Shown here in pieces: positions 58,971-64,000 of a DNA stretch of 64,000 bases. The notes under the pieces are model-generated. The model saw only the letters and a program-made list of their open reading frames with translations. It made no database searches and was not told where the DNA came from. Both the position numbers and the translations under genes were made by a program. This stretch comes from the human T2T-CHM13v2.0 reference genome, Homo sapiens, in assembly GCF_009914755.1 (NCBI RefSeq), contig NC_060934.1; one strand, given 5' to 3'. Position 1 is the stretch's first letter. Every line of letters starts with the position of its first letter.

Positions 58971-60281
58971 TAATATGAAGTGGGTGTTGTATTTTTACAT
59001 ATGTATTTTTGGACACCAGTGAGATGATCTTATGACGTTGTTTTTATGTATCTTAAAGCTATATAATGAATTAATAATTTCCTAATATGGAACTATCATT
59101 GTATACCTGGGATATAACTTACTTGGTTATGAGGAGGTATTCTTTTTTTCTGCAATAATTTATAATTTTTATATTATTTATGCTAACTGAGCATGAAAGA
59201 TTAGATGGACCATTTCAGACTTCTCTACCTGACCTATATCGTCTGAACAAACTGACCCCTTTTAACATAAACACTGAAAAGGGGAGCAGTCCTAGTTTTT
59301 GCTGGCATTGGTCTTAAAGGAGTGCCTTAGCTACTTGGCTCCAACTCATCCTCTCATCTCTGGATGAGGAGCTGTCAGTGGCCTCTTCAGGACCACTGAT
59401 TATCAGTAGGTCCCAAGTCGTCTCTATGGGGAATCAGAGGCATATGATTATCAGGCATCATCTGAACAAGGTGTCTATCATAAACTGAGTGTAACAGTCC
59501 TGTCCCCTAACCCAGGCTTAGTCCTTTTCTAATGTTTCCTCTCCCCACCTCCCTTCTTCTTGTGTCCACAGAGCATGACTTGCTCTTAATAACCTCTTCT
59601 AAGGTTGTGACATTATAAGCAGAGGCAGCTGTGTCTGCTGCTTCTCCCCACCCTCCTCTTCTTTTTTGCCTTCTCTGCCTCTCTCACTCTTACCCTCTTT
59701 AACAACTCCTGAGATGCACTCAAAGAAATAGGGAGTTTAATCCATTTTGACTCAGGTGCTTGAACTCACTTAGAAGGCCTTAGAGATGAGACATCTCAGG
59801 AAGTAATTAAGGTTAATTGGAGTTACAGGGGTGGGCCCTGATCTGATAGAATTATTGTTGTCATGAGAAGAAAGCTGGCTCTTAACCACCCTCCCTCCCC
59901 CTCCCACCAAAATGTACCAAAAAAGAGGTTGTGTAAGGACACAGTGAGATGGTGGCCACCTACAAGCCACGAAAAGAGACCTCAGAATGGCCTGTGTTGC
60001 TGGCACCTTAATCTTGGATTTCCCAAAACAAAGTTGGCTGGGTATGGTGACACACCCCTGTAGTCCCAGCTACTCGGGAGACTGAAGCAGGAGGATCACT
60101 GGAGCATCGCTGGAGCCCAGGAATTTGAGGCTGCAGTGAGCTATGACTGTACCACTGCAACTCCAGCCCGGGTGACAGGGCAAGACTCTGTCTCCGGAAA
60201 AAAAAAAAAAAAAAGTCAATATTTTCCAAGGTTGGTTTTTTTTTTTTGGTTTTCTTTGTTTTTTTGCATAGCACCACTTAC

Positions 60282-62023
<1,742 letters not shown>

Positions 62024-63047
62024 ACCACTTGCTACTTATTAATAAAGCTTTTTTGATGTTGAATATGAGAAATTTGAAAAGGCATATTCTGCATTTTTGT
62101 TCTCCTGGTATTTACCTGGGATCATAAAATTTTAGAGAAGATTGCTCTTTTTACTTACCTCCAAACAGATCTTTTGAAGATCTTTGCCAAGGAAAACCTA
62201 GTTTTTAAACAAAATATCCTACAGCTGATGTTCCTCATGCTCGTACCTGGAGATTAATAGGGTGTCCCTCATTACTTCATACTGAACGTGAAAGAGGCCT
62301 AGCTTTCATCAGGTGGTCCTCTGCCTCAGTGAGCGGTGAGATCATCCGTAAAGACTGTGAAATAGGAAGTGGCTATTGATTTCCCTTCTTAGGTTATATA
62401 TTAATTCAATATTCTGAATGCCCATGGAATCATAAGTGTTCAATGAATGAATCAATGAGCAACTTAAGGGATTTACAGTTTAAGGGAGCAATTTTATATG
62501 AAATTCTTCAGAAAGATTTAATCAGATGGTACCAGCCGCTTAAAATGCAGTTTTATAAATCAGCTCTTTTTCCTCAAGAAACTTAATATTCTTCCATGGT
62601 AAAGGCAAATAAGTTTATGGCATAGTTTTCACTAAGAGAGAATAGCAATATTTGTCACAAAAATGCTTTAAGATTCAAACTTTTAAAAAAAAAACTTGGA
62701 CAGTACAAAATATTGATATATTTTCTATTCAAGTGACTATTTGTGGTTAAGCCTCTTCTGCACAGTATGATGAACCAAGTATGTAGCTCTACTGTATTTT
62801 GTAATAAATGGTGAGATTTCCTCATTTTAAATTTTGTTGTGAATAAAGAATATGTTAAATATCTATAATATGTTTAAATATATGTTTGTGTATTTATAGG
62901 TTAAGTATAACATAACATGTTAATATATAGGGCTTTTTTTGTATTTTATCTTTACATACGATGAAGATGACTCAGTCTATTACACTTAATTTTGAGACAC
63001 AGCATTCTTCTAAAAGTAAACAACTGAAAATTATTTTTATTCTCTAG

Positions 63048-63260
63048 GTTGTCCTTTGTGGAGGGTCTTCTCGAATCCCAAAGCTACAGCAACTGATTAA
63101 AGATCTTTTCCCAGCTGTTGAGCTTCTCAATTCTATCCCTCCTGATGAAGTGATCCCTATTGGTGCAGCTATAGAAGCAGGAATTCTTATTGGGAAAGAA
63201 AACCTGTTGGTGGAAGACTCTCTTATGATAGAGTGTTCAGCCAGAGATATTTTAGTTAAG
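63048..63260 (+). CDS. HSPA14: HSPA14 exon 11
   Basis: 213 nt, [14 protein letters not shown] and [13 protein letters not shown] Hsp70 motifs. Confidence 0.96.
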
Positions 63261-63310
63261 GTATGTTTAGCTTTTGTATACTAGTTAAGGTATGTTTAGC
63301 TTTTCTATAC
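63253..63310 (+). repeat. 29-bp tandem duplication spanning the HSPA14 exon 11 splice donor
   Basis: tagttaaggtatgtttagcttttgtatac / tagttaaggtatgtttagcttttctatac (1 mismatch). Confidence 0.95.
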
Positions 63311-63700
63311 TTTACATAAAAATAGTAAATTAATTGCCATAAGTTTTTATACATACCATGATGTTACAATAAAACCTTGTATACTGACAGGTCTTAAATT
63401 TAGATTTATAATCCTACTTTTAAGGTATGTCTTATATTCTTTTAGTTAATATTTCTCTAACCTCTTAGTTTTTTAGAAAAATAAAAGTTAGGTATAATAT
63501 TAATCATAAGCTAATATAGAGAGAGGTATGTTTCAATATATTTTTAAAGTGAAGTAGGATTAAGGATTATTTCTATTTTCTTCTCTTTGCCTAGTGTCCT
63601 GTTTATCAATAAGGAATATATATCTCATTTATAATGGGAAGTTTTTTTCAATTGTAAAGATAAATACCAAAGAGTATGCACCTTGTTTCCTGCTAACTAG

Positions 63701-63874
63701 GGTGTGGACGAATCAGGAGCCAGTAGATTCACAGTGCTGTTTCCATCAGGGACTCCTTTGCCAGCTCGAAGACAACACACATTGCAAGCCCCTGGAAGCA
63801 TATCTTCAGTGTGCCTTGAACTCTATGAGTCTGATGGGAAGAACTCTGCCAAAGAGGAAACCAAGTTTGCACAG
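63701..63874 (+). CDS. HSPA14: HSPA14 exon 12 (start of substrate-binding-like domain); gene continues beyond window
   Basis: 174 nt, TAG acceptor, CAG|GTGAAT donor; cumulative CDS 1380 nt with no stop. Confidence 0.94.
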
Positions 63875-64000
63875 GTGAATACATAAAGTTAGACACATTA
63901 AACTGTTCAACTTTGCTTTCTGGATTAGATTCAGTTTAATATCTTAATACAAAATGTGTATATATATAAAGGACACCTAATACATTTTTATGAAGGATTT

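Overview
Human-type (primate, Alu-rich) genomic DNA that I recognise as the CDNF / HSPA14 / MSANTD7 locus (10p13 from memory). Minus strand: the complete 4-exon CDNF CDS (187 aa, ends KTEL). Plus strand, from a shared CpG-island bidirectional promoter with ATGs 457 bp apart: HSPA14 coding exons 1-12 (460 codons; gene continues past the window end). Nested on the same strand in HSPA14 intron 3 is a 2-exon, 361-aa Myb/SANT-like plus coiled-coil gene (MSANTD7). The most interesting observation concerns splicing of HSPA14 exon 3 into the MSANTD7 exon. This gives an 88-aa HSPA14 stub whose UGA is the only stop separating it from the in-frame MSANTD7 ORF. It is a candidate read-through, reinitiation or NMD switch linking a ribosome-associated chaperone to a probably transposon-derived DNA-binding protein; the chance expectation is only about 6%, so it is untested. 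Other notable items: a ~590-bp GAA/GCA repeat grown from an Alu tail in CDNF intron 2, a candidate CDNF poison exon, a 29-bp duplication of the HSPA14 exon 11 donor, a (TG)n acceptor, near-abutting inverted Alus, solo LTRs with intact TSDs and a truncated U2 snRNA copy. Roughly 48 Alu copies account for most short ORFs in the track. Repeat family names and boundaries are by eye and approximate.
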